Shown: positions 24,101-36,384 of the stretch, in pieces
How positions within the stretch are numbered: position 1 is the first letter of the stretch
Layout of the letters: each line of letters begins with the position of its first letter
Source: Seison nebaliae
Taxonomy: Eukaryota
NCBI GenBank assembly: GCA_023231475.1
Contig: JALJEE010001366.1
Span: 1-38,746 of the forward strand
Reading direction: 5' to 3'
DNA length: 38,746 nucleotides
Program-made: the position numbers and the translations under genes
The notes under the pieces: model-generated
What the model saw: only the letters and a program-made list of their open reading frames with translations
Database searches by the model: none
What the model was told of the DNA's origin: nothing

Positions 24101-27100
24101 TTTAGGATTCCTTTTTTCGTCGTGTACAACTTATTGTTTACCGGATAACTTCCTTAATCATTCTAGTTATTTTTTGTCACTTCCAGTTCTTAACATTTCC
24201 ATCTTCTTCTTTTTCATCGAATGCAATTTCGTGAGACGACCGAACAGGCAATAATTAAAGTAAATTCCAAAAAAATCTAATTTCCTGAATAGACGACGAT
24301 TACTTTGGAGGAAAATTCCAAAATAAAATTACTTCTTAGGGGGTGGTCGGTTCCGCCGCTTAGAGTTCCGCTCCACATTCTCCCTTCTTTGAATAAGGAC
24401 CAAAATTAAAAGAATTTATATGACTATAAACATAGAAATGGAGAAAGGAGAAATATTCGCTGATTAATATGTAGCCAGTGGGAGATATGAGAAGATGTCA
24501 ATTTTTTTTAAATTCTTGTACTTTCAACAATTCTCTTCCATTCAATTGATACTTTCATTCTCCTTCTTCTTACTCCGAAGAAGAAAGCGAAACATACCGA
24601 CCGTAATTTTATTGGAAGAGTATTTTTTTAAATACTATAATTTTATTATAATCTCTTTCAACAATTCTTATGAAGTTAAATTATAATAATTTAATTTCTC
24701 TTTAGAATAACGTTTCCTCCCCACTCCCTTACTTTTTTTTCACACATTTTACTTTTTTATTCCGGTTTTACTATAGCACCTGTAGTTTATTCCTCCTCCC
24801 AGAAACGTGTTTTCATTCTTTTTCATTTTGTTCATAGTTATTTAATTTTTAATAGGTATTCAAACACTTCTATTATTTGAGTTATGACATACTGTGTTAA
24901 CTGCCTAATCTCGTTTATCCATATGAAAAAAAAAAATCATTTTTTGTTCCTCAAGTTTAGCTCAACTGAATTTAGGTAATACATTTGAAACTGCGAATCT
25001 TTCTATGAAAATAAGTTTTAAATTTTCCAAAACATCAAATATTTATGCCTCCAACGAAATGTGGAAGATGGAAGGATTTTTTATCACCTGTCGATTTCTC
25101 TAGAAAAATAATGCCATATCGATATGGTGAGAATGTGTTTGTATGAGACATAAATTGAATTTCTTGAATTTTAAGTGTATGAACAGAAAAAGGAAGTTAA
25201 AAAAAATTAATTGAAGAATAATTCTTGCTCAAAATTTTTGTGTGAAATTCACCTTCCAATCATGATAAAATTAGGGAGACGATGGATGAAATGAAATCGA
25301 TAAATGATTGATGATTGATCATTCAATTCAGCAGTTATATTTAGTTGGAGAGGAGGATGATGTAGAATAGAAATAGAATATGTTGGCGATTTGAAATTAA
25401 ATGTGATGATCTATTTTTCAAAAGAAATGTTTTAAGGATGAAACTTTTCTTGACAACTCACACCGAATGTTGGTATGTGATGGAGAAGAATGAATGCGTT
25501 CTCCCAATTCATTCTTGTGTTGATGAGATTATAGTGTTCGTTTGATGGTAAAGAATGGTAAAGGATGGTAAGTACATAAAATAAGTAAAATGATGATATT
25601 ATGAATAATAACAGAATATTATTGATCAAAAATGTTCATGTATTCTTCAAATCGAATTGATGGGAGAAATAATGAATTTTCTTACATGTTCAAGTTCGAT
25701 GATTGAAGAATGAACTTTACTCGTTGAATGTAGCGTAAGAAGAATTTGCACTGCATATGGAATGGTATTAGCGGATGAATGAAGAGGTTAAACTTCAGAT
25801 GAGAAAGCATTTTAATTTTCCTTCTTTTCATTCCTTGTTTCCTACTTATCGATAGACCTTATTGTGTTGTGAGGAATGTCAATAAAAGAAAAACAGATGT
25901 AGACAATCGGAGAAATTAGGGAAATTAGTAATTAGACAGTAATTACATAATATTTATGTTGTTGATGCATTGAAGAAGTGAAAATAATGGAGAAGATATT
26001 CCATTATGGAGAGATCTCCAGTATGTTAACATATTGAGATTCCCAATTGGGAACGTGATTCTGAGAGAGGAGAATGAAGGATTATATTTATCCGGCTCAT
26101 TCGACAAATCATCATTTATATTTTGTGAGATTCGTCTGGTGCAAATGGTTCTGATAACGGTAGTGGTTTTGACAGTAGATGTTCAATTCATAAAGAGGAA
26201 TGTCGTGTGAAGAATAGAATCTTCGAATGATTTTATTTTTTAGAAGATTTTATTTGCCGTATGTTGGGAGTTAGTGTCCTACAAGAATGAATGATTGTTG
26301 AAGACGGAAAGCACGGTGAATGTTAAGGATATATTTTATACTTATCTCATCTTTTATAGACGGACAGCTATTAATGTATATGGTGTGTGTGAGATAGACG
26401 GAGTTATACTCGACAGGAATGTACATACAACTAGGAGATGGATAGATAAGAGGAATATGGAAGAAAATAAAAAGAAATTGGAGGAAGACAGGAGTGAAGA
26501 TGAAGGAACTTCTTGTTCAAGGTTACCCGATGAAAAGATCGATGAATGAACATACGTCGACGACCATATAGAGCAGGAACAATTGGAGGCGAAAAAGGAA
26601 CGAAATAAACAGAAAATAAGAAAGAACTTCCATTATTTTCATTTCTTAATTTGAGGAATTAAAATGAAGAAGAGAATTATAGAAAAAGCAGTATAGTTCC
26701 ATTCGAATATTTCTTTGTTCCCGTTTCGACAAGTTATTTTGAATGATTCCATTGAATTGCTCCCCCACTTCTCTCTCGCCACTATCTCGACAAGAATTGT
26801 TTGGAGCAGTTTCCATTTTTCAAATTCCGTTTTCTCCCGACGAATCATTGAATTTGTCAAATTAATATTCCGTAACAAAAACTGCACAACAGTTACTATG
26901 CGTGAATGAGTACTTGGGGGCAGCTCATTTGTTCTTTTCGAACCAACATAAGAGGTATCGTTTCCTATATGACTAAGGAGATACAGCTACTAAATGAAAC
27001 AAAGATTTCTCTAGTTAATCATCTCGTATTCTATGCAGTCTCCACTCACTATTACATGTCCTTAACACATATGCTGAATTTGGAATGAAAATCAATTTAA

Positions 27101-29975
27101 GTGGATTATAGATTATTCAACCAACCTGTTTTTTCTTTCTGTAATTGAGCACATTCAATTTATCATTCAACTTTCTATCTTCACCTCTCTCTATTCTCTC
27201 CCCTCTTCCTTAAATCAGCGACAACATTAATCTCCCAAAACAAACTCCCTCCAATTCTCCCACATATTCCCAATTTCGGTTGTTCTTTAAATGTTCCCCA
27301 TCCCAGACGCCCTCCTTCTCCATCCTAAATCCGAATCCGATTTTTAAGGTTTCCCTTCCATTCAACATTTGAACGTCAAATTGTTAGATTTACTATCCAC
27401 ATGGGGCAATATTCGTTTGGGAAAGGAGGGAGTGGGGAAGAAGGAAATAACATTCCTACAGATTTTATATAATTATAAATATTTAATGATCTCGATATGT
27501 TAATGATTATTTATTCATAAAACAATCATAATGTATTATCTGCATTCTTATAAACGGCATCATTCATTGTTCCTTTCTTTCCATCTAAACCTGATTATTC
27601 AGGACAGAAGCATTACGATTCCACGGACGCTTTTCTTAAAAGGAAAGGTCAGCCGTCCATAGACAATCGAAGTTCTTTGATAAGAATGATATGGAACGAT
27701 TGAATGAATAAGTGATACAAATTAATTTTTCTCTGGAGATGTTGCGTCGTACACAAACAGAATTACAGTCATACAATTGACGAACGGACCCGACCCCAAC
27801 ACACGTTCGTGGAATTGTTAAAAGAATTAGGAGGAATAAATTCGGAAAGAAATTAAGAGAACTATTCGATTATGTAACATATATCACGTCCAAATGAAAT
27901 GGAATGCATTTTGTACTGTTCGTTCGTTCGTTCGGACTCCGTCAGAACCTTTCTCACAAACATCATTCGTCTGTTGGACATGGGTATGAGTATATACGTT
28001 AAGAACTCGAGGTGTTAGATTTGATAGGATGACGGATAATATGAATAATCTATCGCATATTTACATGGATTTCGATGTATAGAGAACATTTGAATAATAA
28101 GTGTTTATAAATAATTGCATTTACACTTTCCTTCACTTCGAAAGCAAAAGAGAAAGTACTAACCATCATCATCATCATCATCATAATCATCATCATCATC
28201 ATCATCGACAGTTCCTTCATTTCTCCATTATTTCTTTCTTTCTCTTCTCCCTCATTATTATTGTTCTTTCCAATCATTGTAACTCCGAAAATGATAACTG
28301 GAATCATAATAGAAATAATAAGTATTTCTTTCTGTTCCAATACTTTCCTACCATTCTCTCACCATGCCACATATCTGCATGGATATGGTACGGGAAGAAG
28401 AAGAAAAACAATTATCATATATTCATCTATGGCCCTCATCTCATTCATCTGTCCATTTATCATACACATATGTGTAATCGTAACATGATCTATGAGTTGA
28501 ATTCATGAATTTGAAATAATTATCAATTTTTATGCAGAAAAAATTATGAAGAAGAAAAACTCTTAATACTTCTATTTATTTTCGTTTGACAGAAAATGGT
28601 TGAATGGTGCTAAGAAGAAGGGAACTCCTAATCATAATACACCACACATTAATGATGATCCATATAAATTATCTAACACATCATACCTTCACGATTTCGA
28701 TAAGAACAGTATAAATTGGACGAATTATTGTAATCCATCCAAGTGGAAGGTTATTATTATTCGTATTATTTCATTCTCCTCTCTCATTCCATTTCCATAT
28801 TATTCTCCTCAACTCCATCCATCGATTACGTCACATTTCTCTCCAAACATTTTCATCTAATTAATCCAAATTCGAATGTAATTCATTAAGTGAACGGTCT
28901 GATTGATTGATTGATTGATTGATTACTTCGACTTTGACGCAATTCTTTACAGACTTTCAATCAATTAGATTTATTCACCTTCCACCCTCAACTCTTCAAC
29001 GATCTTCTCATTCTTCTCCCGAAAAAAAACTTCTTCTATTTAGAATAATTTCAATTTTACTTTGACAAAAAATTCTGGAAAGGCAATCGATTTGAAACAT
29101 CTACCATCTACAACATCAGCAAACAGTTGTGGTGGTGACGCGTCGAATTTTGGGAGAAAGCTTTCCGTCAATTTTTTCAACGGTTCAATACACTCACTTT
29201 TCCTTCTTCAATTCTTCTTCTCATTTCAGTTAAAAACCGTAAAACGAGCACCAACGACAAATCACTTCACACTCCCTCATTCCTCAACTATTCTCATAAT
29301 AGCAAGAGTTTCCACGGTAAATGTCATTCGAAAACGACCGTTCCCCTCTCACCAAAAACCGTAAAATCGCGTACCGTTTCTACGTCAGTCACACCGTTAC
29401 TCGCTCTGACTGTGGAGAAGCGTCAGCTCATCAAGAAAGACTCGTTACATTGTAAGAATTCGTTAAAAGAGAGTTTTGAAAAGATTACTAGGAGACATTC
29501 CACCAAATCGACGAAACATTCAAAAAAAGAATCTCCGAATAAAAATAATCTTCGTCGTCATCGGTCCATACATTTACCTTGTCAATCTATGATGTTAACT
29601 GATTCGACCACTGACAGATGTGACACTGCCCAAACTCCTTTGACCATTACCGAAAGTGTTACTACTTCCACCACCAACACATCGCCGATCAAACCAGCGA
29701 ACGGTCGAGATCTAACGGATATTTCCATTGATAAAACGAATGAAACAACGAACAATAATAATAAGAAGAACAATGAAATGACAAAATATGAAGAAACGAA
29801 AGCGAAACGATTGTTAACATTTCTAATTAATTTCATTCTTTCATGACATCTATTCTCAATTCCTGATATTTAGTCATGTCGCTACGGAATTAGTGGAAAC
29901 CGAAGAAAGTTACGTAGCGAATTTAAGTAAAATTTATAATGTTAGTCATTGAATAATGATAATAATCATTCTATA

Positions 29976-30010
<35 letters not shown>

Positions 30011-31473
30011 ACAAAATAGGGTTACATGAAATCAATGAACGAGAAAACGATACAATTACCGTCGAATTTCGAAAAGGCCAAGCAAAAAATTGTTTTTGGA
30101 AATATTTGGCAAATTTATGATTGGCATGAAACGTTCAAATCCTCATAAATAATTCAAATAAAATTCTAATAATTCTCTAATTATTTTAGGACTTTCCTAC
30201 CTGAAATGAAGAAGGCGGCCGAACAAGGTCCCGTTCATTTGGGTGAGGTTTTCCTCAAATATGTTAGTTCTCTTTTCGGATGCTTCTTTTGGAATGATTT
30301 GCCGCTTTTAGGAGAGACGATTTACGATGTATTATAAATATTGTGAGAATAAAGCAAGATCGGAATATATAGTGAATGAATACGAAGAATTTTTTAATGT
30401 TCCTCTTCAAATTGTTTTTTTTTAATTAAAAATTTGGAATAAATTGTAGAGATTGAGATCTCATCATGATTATCGATTGTGTTTGAACGATCTCTTAATT
30501 AAACCAATTCAACGATTGACGAAATATCATTTGATGTTACGGGATATACTGAAATATTCAGAACGTTTGGGAGATGAAGATACGAGAGACATCGAAGTGT
30601 TAAGGAAAGCGAGTAACATTATGGTGACAATTCCAAAGAAAGCATCAGATTTGATGAATCTGGGAATGTTGCAAGGTTTCAATGGAAACATTGTTGCTCA
30701 AGGCGATTTGTTGTTGCAGGTTAGTTGAAGAGATTTGTGAAAAGTGTATATTTAATTGAAAAATAGGATTCGATGAACGTTTTAGAAACGTCGAAAGATA
30801 CGAGGGCGAAATCGAGGAAAGTTTTCATATTCGAACAAATTATTATTTTCAGCGAAATGATTCCTCCGAAATCCGCCTTCACTAGTCCAATTTATACGTT
30901 CAAGAATTGTATTAAAGTTGGTCGTTGAATTTCCGAAAAATTAAACTTTAAATTTCTCCAGAACAATCAATTGGGAATAAAAATCGATTCGAATATTAAG
31001 AATTATGTGACACGTCGTCAGAAGCAAATGAAGATTTTGGCGGAGAAGGAACGTTCAATGAATATCTCGTTTAATAAGAATGATGATGATGATGGTGATG
31101 ATGAACAGAAAAAACGGAACGATGATGAACAGAAGAGCGACGACGATTTACAGGAAGATGCTCCTGAATTAAAGTTCACGCTGATCGATCGAAGTCCGAA
31201 TAGTTCGAAGGAAATAATTTGTATTGCCGATTCAATCGGTCAATATGAGAAGTGGATATCGACCATCGAAGGATTACTATTGTCTCAAGACAACATATTG
31301 CAAGCGTTAAGTAACCCGATACGATTCATCCAGAAGAATGATTCAACTTTCTCTGATAATAATTCGGTGAAGGCACCGACGAAAAACGAATCGAAAAAAG
31401 AAAAGAAGAAAGATACTTTACCTTCACGATTCATTACTCGTATACAACCGTCTCAATCTTCGAATCAACAAAC

Positions 31474-31512
<39 letters not shown>

Positions 31513-31651
31513 GTCGAATACGAGAGATCCGAAAGAACCATATGAATTGACAATGAAAGATCGATTGAATTCAATATTCCAATATCGATATAAATCTAAA
31601 GCAAATAAAACAAGCAACAACAATAACAACAACAACAATAATAATAACACG

Positions 31652-31686
<35 letters not shown>

Positions 31687-32623
31687 TAACAATAATAGTA
31701 ATAATAATAATAATAATAATACAACAGATATATCAGCTGTACATCAATATATGAAAATTGTTAATAATAATAATAATAATAATAATGGTCATAGTTCAGG
31801 AAATAATGATTCTGTAATAAATTTAAAGAATCAAATTGTTAAGTCGAATGATTGTGATTATTTGACAGGTGATAGAAATAAGAAAAATTGTTCCGTCCAT
31901 CATCCGGTTTCGTTGAATTCATTAAATGACTTGCTCAATAGTAGCAAGAAATTAGCGATGCCAATTGATGGTACCAATTCCATCCCACATTATTACAAGA
32001 CGAATAGTAAACCAATTCCAATTCAAAACTCTCCTCGTCATCATCACTTTCGTTCGAACCAAATGACTCAACGACAACAAACCATTACCACTCCCACGGC
32101 TGATGGATACGATACATCATATTATGATAATGACGTTAAAGAGGATGACCGATATGAGATGTTTCGAGAAAAGTCGTCGTCAATTACCATCGGGAAATTC
32201 CCCCAAATATTTCAACGAGCACGAAAGAAGCATTGCGAATCAACAATCGACATCCTCAAAAAGAAACCAACCGATCATCGTCGATCCTCCATATTCAATT
32301 TGTTTCATCTTCAAAAACTTTTTTCTACGAATCGCAATTCACCCACTCACAGTATCAACGAGTCGGCTAGTGTCGATCGATCCACAAAGAAACAATCGAA
32401 ATCAACAAAAAATTTAAATTTGCACTTAACTCAAAAATCGGTGGAGAAATCACCGAAGTCAATCGATTATCTGAGCACGTCTCTTTACGATATCACATTG
32501 CACAATCGAATGACAGATATTCACTCTAAGTTAGATGAGCGATCTGTTGACTATTACAACGACGATAGTGCGTTACATCATGAAAAGCAGTCAATGATGA
32601 TTAACCGGTCGAAATCTTTTTAA
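18142..32623 (+). CDS. Trio/kalirin GEF2-type (p63RhoGEF/ARHGEF25-like) DH-PH RhoGEF, about 1253 aa. Exons 18142-18547, 18603-18657, 28593-28749, 29044-29182, 29230-29812, 29874-29940, 30020-30132, 30190-30262, 30312-30398, 30450-30719, 30767-30916, 30962-32623
   Basis: DH motifs ELVETEESYV, KIVFGNIWQIYDWH, ERRFTMYYKYCENK, LLIKPIQRLTKYHLML. PH motifs QGDLLLQD, RKVFIFEQIIIFSE. C-terminal ILQALSNPI and upstream FRKWL motif. DH-PH exons are high confidence; linkage of the two 18-kb exons is inferred from phase and motif. Confidence 0.88.
28164..28205. repeat. (CAT)n microsatellite in the large RhoGEF intron
   Basis: Read directly; it produces spurious poly-His and poly-Met ORFs. Confidence 0.9.
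28899..28924. repeat. (GATT)n microsatellite, intronic
   Basis: ctgattgattgattgattgattgatt. Confidence 0.85.
29976..30010. repeat. (CT)n microsatellite forming the polypyrimidine tract of the 79-nt intron 29941-30019
   Basis: Read directly, just upstream of the acceptor AATAG. Confidence 0.85.
31465..31785 (+). repeat. Coding (CAA)n and (AAT/AAC)n repeats giving poly-Q and poly-N tracts in the RhoGEF tail
   Basis: A Q run and several N runs within ORF 30971-32623. Confidence 0.9.
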
Positions 32624-32941
32624 CGAATATTTTATTATCTTTATCTTTATCTCAACACACAAACACACAAACATACACACACACATACACAAACACAATT
32701 ATACCACAGTTGCACAGAGTAACATTTTAAATATGATTCAATTTTCATTTTCCTCCACAAAACCACAAGTCTTTTATTCCTCTAATAACTCTTATATAGA
32801 AAGTTATCTCCTCTCATATTTTCCATTTTCTTTACAATCCAGTTACACCTATCACACAAACACATAAACACATACACGACCACCACCACTCTTATTATGA
32901 AATACTTTTCATTTTATTTAACAAATTTCTAATGAAATCAG

Positions 32942-32953
32942 TTTATTAATAAA
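32942..32953. terminator. Palindromic TTTATTAATAAA, a candidate bidirectional poly(A) signal between convergent genes
   Basis: Reads AATAAA on both strands, roughly midway between the stops at 32623 (+) and 33257 (-). Confidence 0.35.
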
Positions 32954-33256
32954 AAGGATCTAATTATTCATACCTTTCATATCTAAAAGGTTTAAAACTT
33001 TCCTCATTTTCAAATAATGACACAATTTAAATATAAAATAGATTTATTCTAATGAAATGAGAAGCAAGACGTTGAAAAATAAATAAATTATCATTATCAA
33101 TGGAATGTGAAGGACGAAAAGACTAGAACAATAATTTAAACGACGATTAAGTGATAAATTTATAATAATTGAGTGATTATTTATTAAATGTTTTAATGAA
33201 ATTTGGTTTGAAGAGATTGATGTGTATTCATCAGTTCCATTATAAGGAGATGATAT

Positions 33257-35191
33257 CTAAGATTGATATCGATTTTGTATCATACGTTTCATCACTTCTA
33301 ATAATTCAGTTAATTTCGGTGAACCATTTGAATTGATTTGTTGCCATTCGTGTTCAGTGAGAACACGATTGAAAACTTGTTTCTCTGCGATCTTCAAATC
33401 TTGTTTATGTACGAGAACATTTCTTTTTGTTTCTTCTTCTAACAGAATTCGTTCGTTGCCTTTCCCGTTCGCCAATTGATCGAAAGCAAAAGCGAAACAT
33501 GAAATTAAATCGACTAGTGGATCGTTGTGTTGGAATTTTCTTGGATGAGTTGGAGGTGTAACTTTGCGTTTGGGCGAGTAGTGTCGTTCGTTCTCTCTCT
33601 TTGAATTGACGGGAATGAGATAAGTGTTAATAACGGAATTTCGTGGCATAACAGATGCAGCTGATTTCTCTCTCTCTTCGTTACTTCTCAATTGTTTCAA
33701 TTCATTACGAAGTTGAGCTATCTCATTCAATATTTTCGAATTATCTTCTTTCGGTCTCAATTGTTCTCGATTCTGTTCGATACGTTCAGGAATGGTATCA
33801 TTATGCCAATCATGCCATTCCGTCTGTCGATGAACATTGAATGCTTGAAGATTTAATGCTGATTCGATATCGTTCGAATAATAAAGTTCGAGATGTGCAG
33901 TCATTTGTCGGAGACGGATATTTGGCATTTTACTCTCGAACAATTGAATGAAATCGAGACTGTTGTTAATGTTATGTGTGACAATTGATTGTTTCATCAA
34001 TTGAAATAATGAGGCGATGAAAATGGAAATGAAGATGATATGATAATCATTCACATCACATCCAATGATCATATGATCCCAAAATAAGAGGAGAACATTC
34101 TCGTTGAGATATCCGATGAATCCATTCTTCACCAATTCACTTAACCATTGAACATTCATTAAATTTTGATCATCCATCTGATTGATGGAAATATCATATT
34201 CATCGATATTCCTCAATATATCCACGATATCCATATCGTTATGATTTGTGAGATAAGAAGTTATTCGATTTTTTATCTGATTTAATTCTCTTCCATACAT
34301 CTCATCATTAACAAGTAGAAAACGATTACCAATTGTCCGTAAAAAATTACCAAACATCATCGAACTATTCTCATTCATTTCACTATCTTTCAATTTCTCC
34401 AATTGCTCTTGTTGTTGTTGTTGGAAGGCTAATACGATTGGCATTAACAATAATCCTCGATGAGATTTGGATGAATCAGAACTTTTATGATGTATCAATA
34501 AAATATCATTCATTCGTCTCATGAAATCACTCATTGAAAGATAATTTCTCAAATTATTTTTCTGTTCAAATGACGTTCTCAATTTCAAATTTCCATCCAT
34601 ATTATTATTATTATTCCTTCGATTATAATTCGTAGTCATCCGATTATTATAGTTGTTGCTATTGTTGTTGTTGTTGCTACTATTGTTGTGAATGTTGTCA
34701 TAATGGAGAATGATGTCCCACAAACGATATCGTAACGACGTCGGCATATAAAGTCGAATGAGAAAAATGTGAAATTTCCGTCGGAGATTTTTCCTAGCAC
34801 CAGAATTCTGATGATTATCATTCATCATTCGCAGTAGTCCATTAATGAAGATATCGGAAATTAATTGATCTTTCGTCTGTTCGCTCTCTTCTGCTTCGTT
34901 CACTCGTAATCGATCCATTTCTAAATGGATATGTTTATCGAGAACTTTCGATAAGTAATTCGTCCAATCGTTCAACTGAATCGTTCCTGTTAGTCGGTTC
35001 ACCGCTCTCTCCACTACATAACTACTCTCGTTTCCACTCAAACTATTGAATGTGGGTAAACGTTGTTCGTTGATCTCAGATTCGACTGCACGTTTCAAAG
35101 TCTCGCTAAACGATTGCCATTCTTCATTCTCCAGAATTTCACCTCGACATTCCTTCATCCACATCGAACTATGTTCGTTGTTTCTCCTCAT
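33257..35191 (-). CDS. Uncharacterised 644-aa protein with a divergent TBC (Rab-GAP)-like region and C-terminal coiled coil; a short upstream exon is possible
   Basis: Long uninterrupted ORF. MPTSLRYRLWDIIL resembles the TBC IPxxLRxxxW motif. WLSELVKNGFIGYLNENVLLLFWDHMII resembles the TBC W..F...LP....LRIWD helix. Heptad-like ILNEIAQLRNELKQLR. Confidence 0.8.
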   Translation of the reverse strand: MRRNNEHSSMWMKECRGEILENEEWQSFSETLKRAVESEINEQRLPTFNSLSGNESSYVVERAVNRLTGTIQLNDWTNYLSKVLDKHIHLEMDRLRVNEAEESEQTKDQLISDIFINGLLRMMNDNHQNSGARKNLRRKFHIFLIRLYMPTSLRYRLWDIILHYDNIHNNSSNNNNNSNNYNNRMTTNYNRRNNNNNMDGNLKLRTSFEQKNNLRNYLSMSDFMRRMNDILLIHHKSSDSSKSHRGLLLMPIVLAFQQQQQEQLEKLKDSEMNENSSMMFGNFLRTIGNRFLLVNDEMYGRELNQIKNRITSYLTNHNDMDIVDILRNIDEYDISINQMDDQNLMNVQWLSELVKNGFIGYLNENVLLLFWDHMIIGCDVNDYHIIFISIFIASLFQLMKQSIVTHNINNSLDFIQLFESKMPNIRLRQMTAHLELYYSNDIESALNLQAFNVHRQTEWHDWHNDTIPERIEQNREQLRPKEDNSKILNEIAQLRNELKQLRSNEEREKSAASVMPRNSVINTYLIPVNSKRENERHYSPKRKVTPPTHPRKFQHNDPLVDLISCFAFAFDQLANGKGNERILLEEETKRNVLVHKQDLKIAEKQVFNRVLTEHEWQQINSNGSPKLTELLEVMKRMIQNRYQS

Positions 35192-36384
35192 ACTCTCTCA
35201 CCACACTCTTCACCAACCAAAAAAAATCCCATTAATCCTTTCACTTATTCACTCTCCAGAAACGAAGTGTCTAGACTTATTTGAGAGAGTTTTAACTTCT
35301 TCTTCATCATTATCAACGCTGGTGGTTCAATGTTCATAACATCTACAGAAACATCATTCAATTCAATCATTTACCTGTTTAACGGAAATATGATTTCCAT
35401 TTCATACAAAAATCATGAGCTGGGAAATAACTACCAGAGAACTAGTCATATCTTCAGTTATTACCTAGTCAGTTACCAACAAAACTAACTAACTAACTAA
35501 CTTCTAAGAGTTAACTAGTTAGAGTCTGGAAACAATGTATAGTAAGAATTAGTTTTAATCTCTATCTCATCTTTTCCATGTCATATTCTTATCTCCAACG
35601 TCTCAGGTAAAATTTCTTCCAATATCAATTCTTTCTGATCTGCGATAGACGTGACAATATGAAAGAAATTTGTATGTTGAAGAAGGGGAGAGAAGAAGAG
35701 GTGCATCTCAATTACATAGCACATAGATTTTATTATCGTTTTCCAATGTCAATTTTAGCTTGTTCGTAGATGAGTAACGGTCAAACTAAATACTCATCTG
35801 TTATTGAAAAAAACAGATAAAGATAAATCAGTTGGAGTCATTTACTTTCTATAAATATCAGAAGCAATTCTATTTTCCTCACAATCATCTTCTTCATTTT
35901 CATTTTCTTTTCTCTTCTCTTCTCTTCTCCCATTAAAATATTCATTTCAATCTTTTCAAATGATTATCGTTCATGTGACCACAGACCCTTTCCTTGAAGT
36001 GCATTCAACTATAAATTCGATTGCATGAAAAATTCATAATATTATGATGATTTCTTTCGCAACTTTCGTTTCTATTGGAAAAGATGTGTGGTCGCATAAT
36101 CGATCATATGAAACTATCAACGTCTCTCCATCTCATTGGAATGGGAAGCTCGTCGAATAAATATCTCTCATTATTTCTTTGAATAAAATTCTCATTGTTT
36201 ATTCCAATTTTCCGACTCGATTTTCCTAAAATAATCTTTTAATAAATTCATCCAATTTTTTTACAGTTCTCTCTCCGCAACACGTCAAATAGTTACGTCC
36301 ATTTAATTGGAAGTTCTTATGTCAAATTGCGAATAGATTGTGAAAATAACTTTCTTCATTCCTTCTCTCGCTTTTCTCACAGAA

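Noticed and set aside
18857..28508. Many short ORFs, including poly-His and poly-Met ones
   Set aside because: Products of microsatellites and compositional bias inside the predicted large intron.
31465..31692. Poly-Leu/poly-Cys minus-strand ORF
   Set aside because: Antisense reading of the poly-N and poly-Q codons.
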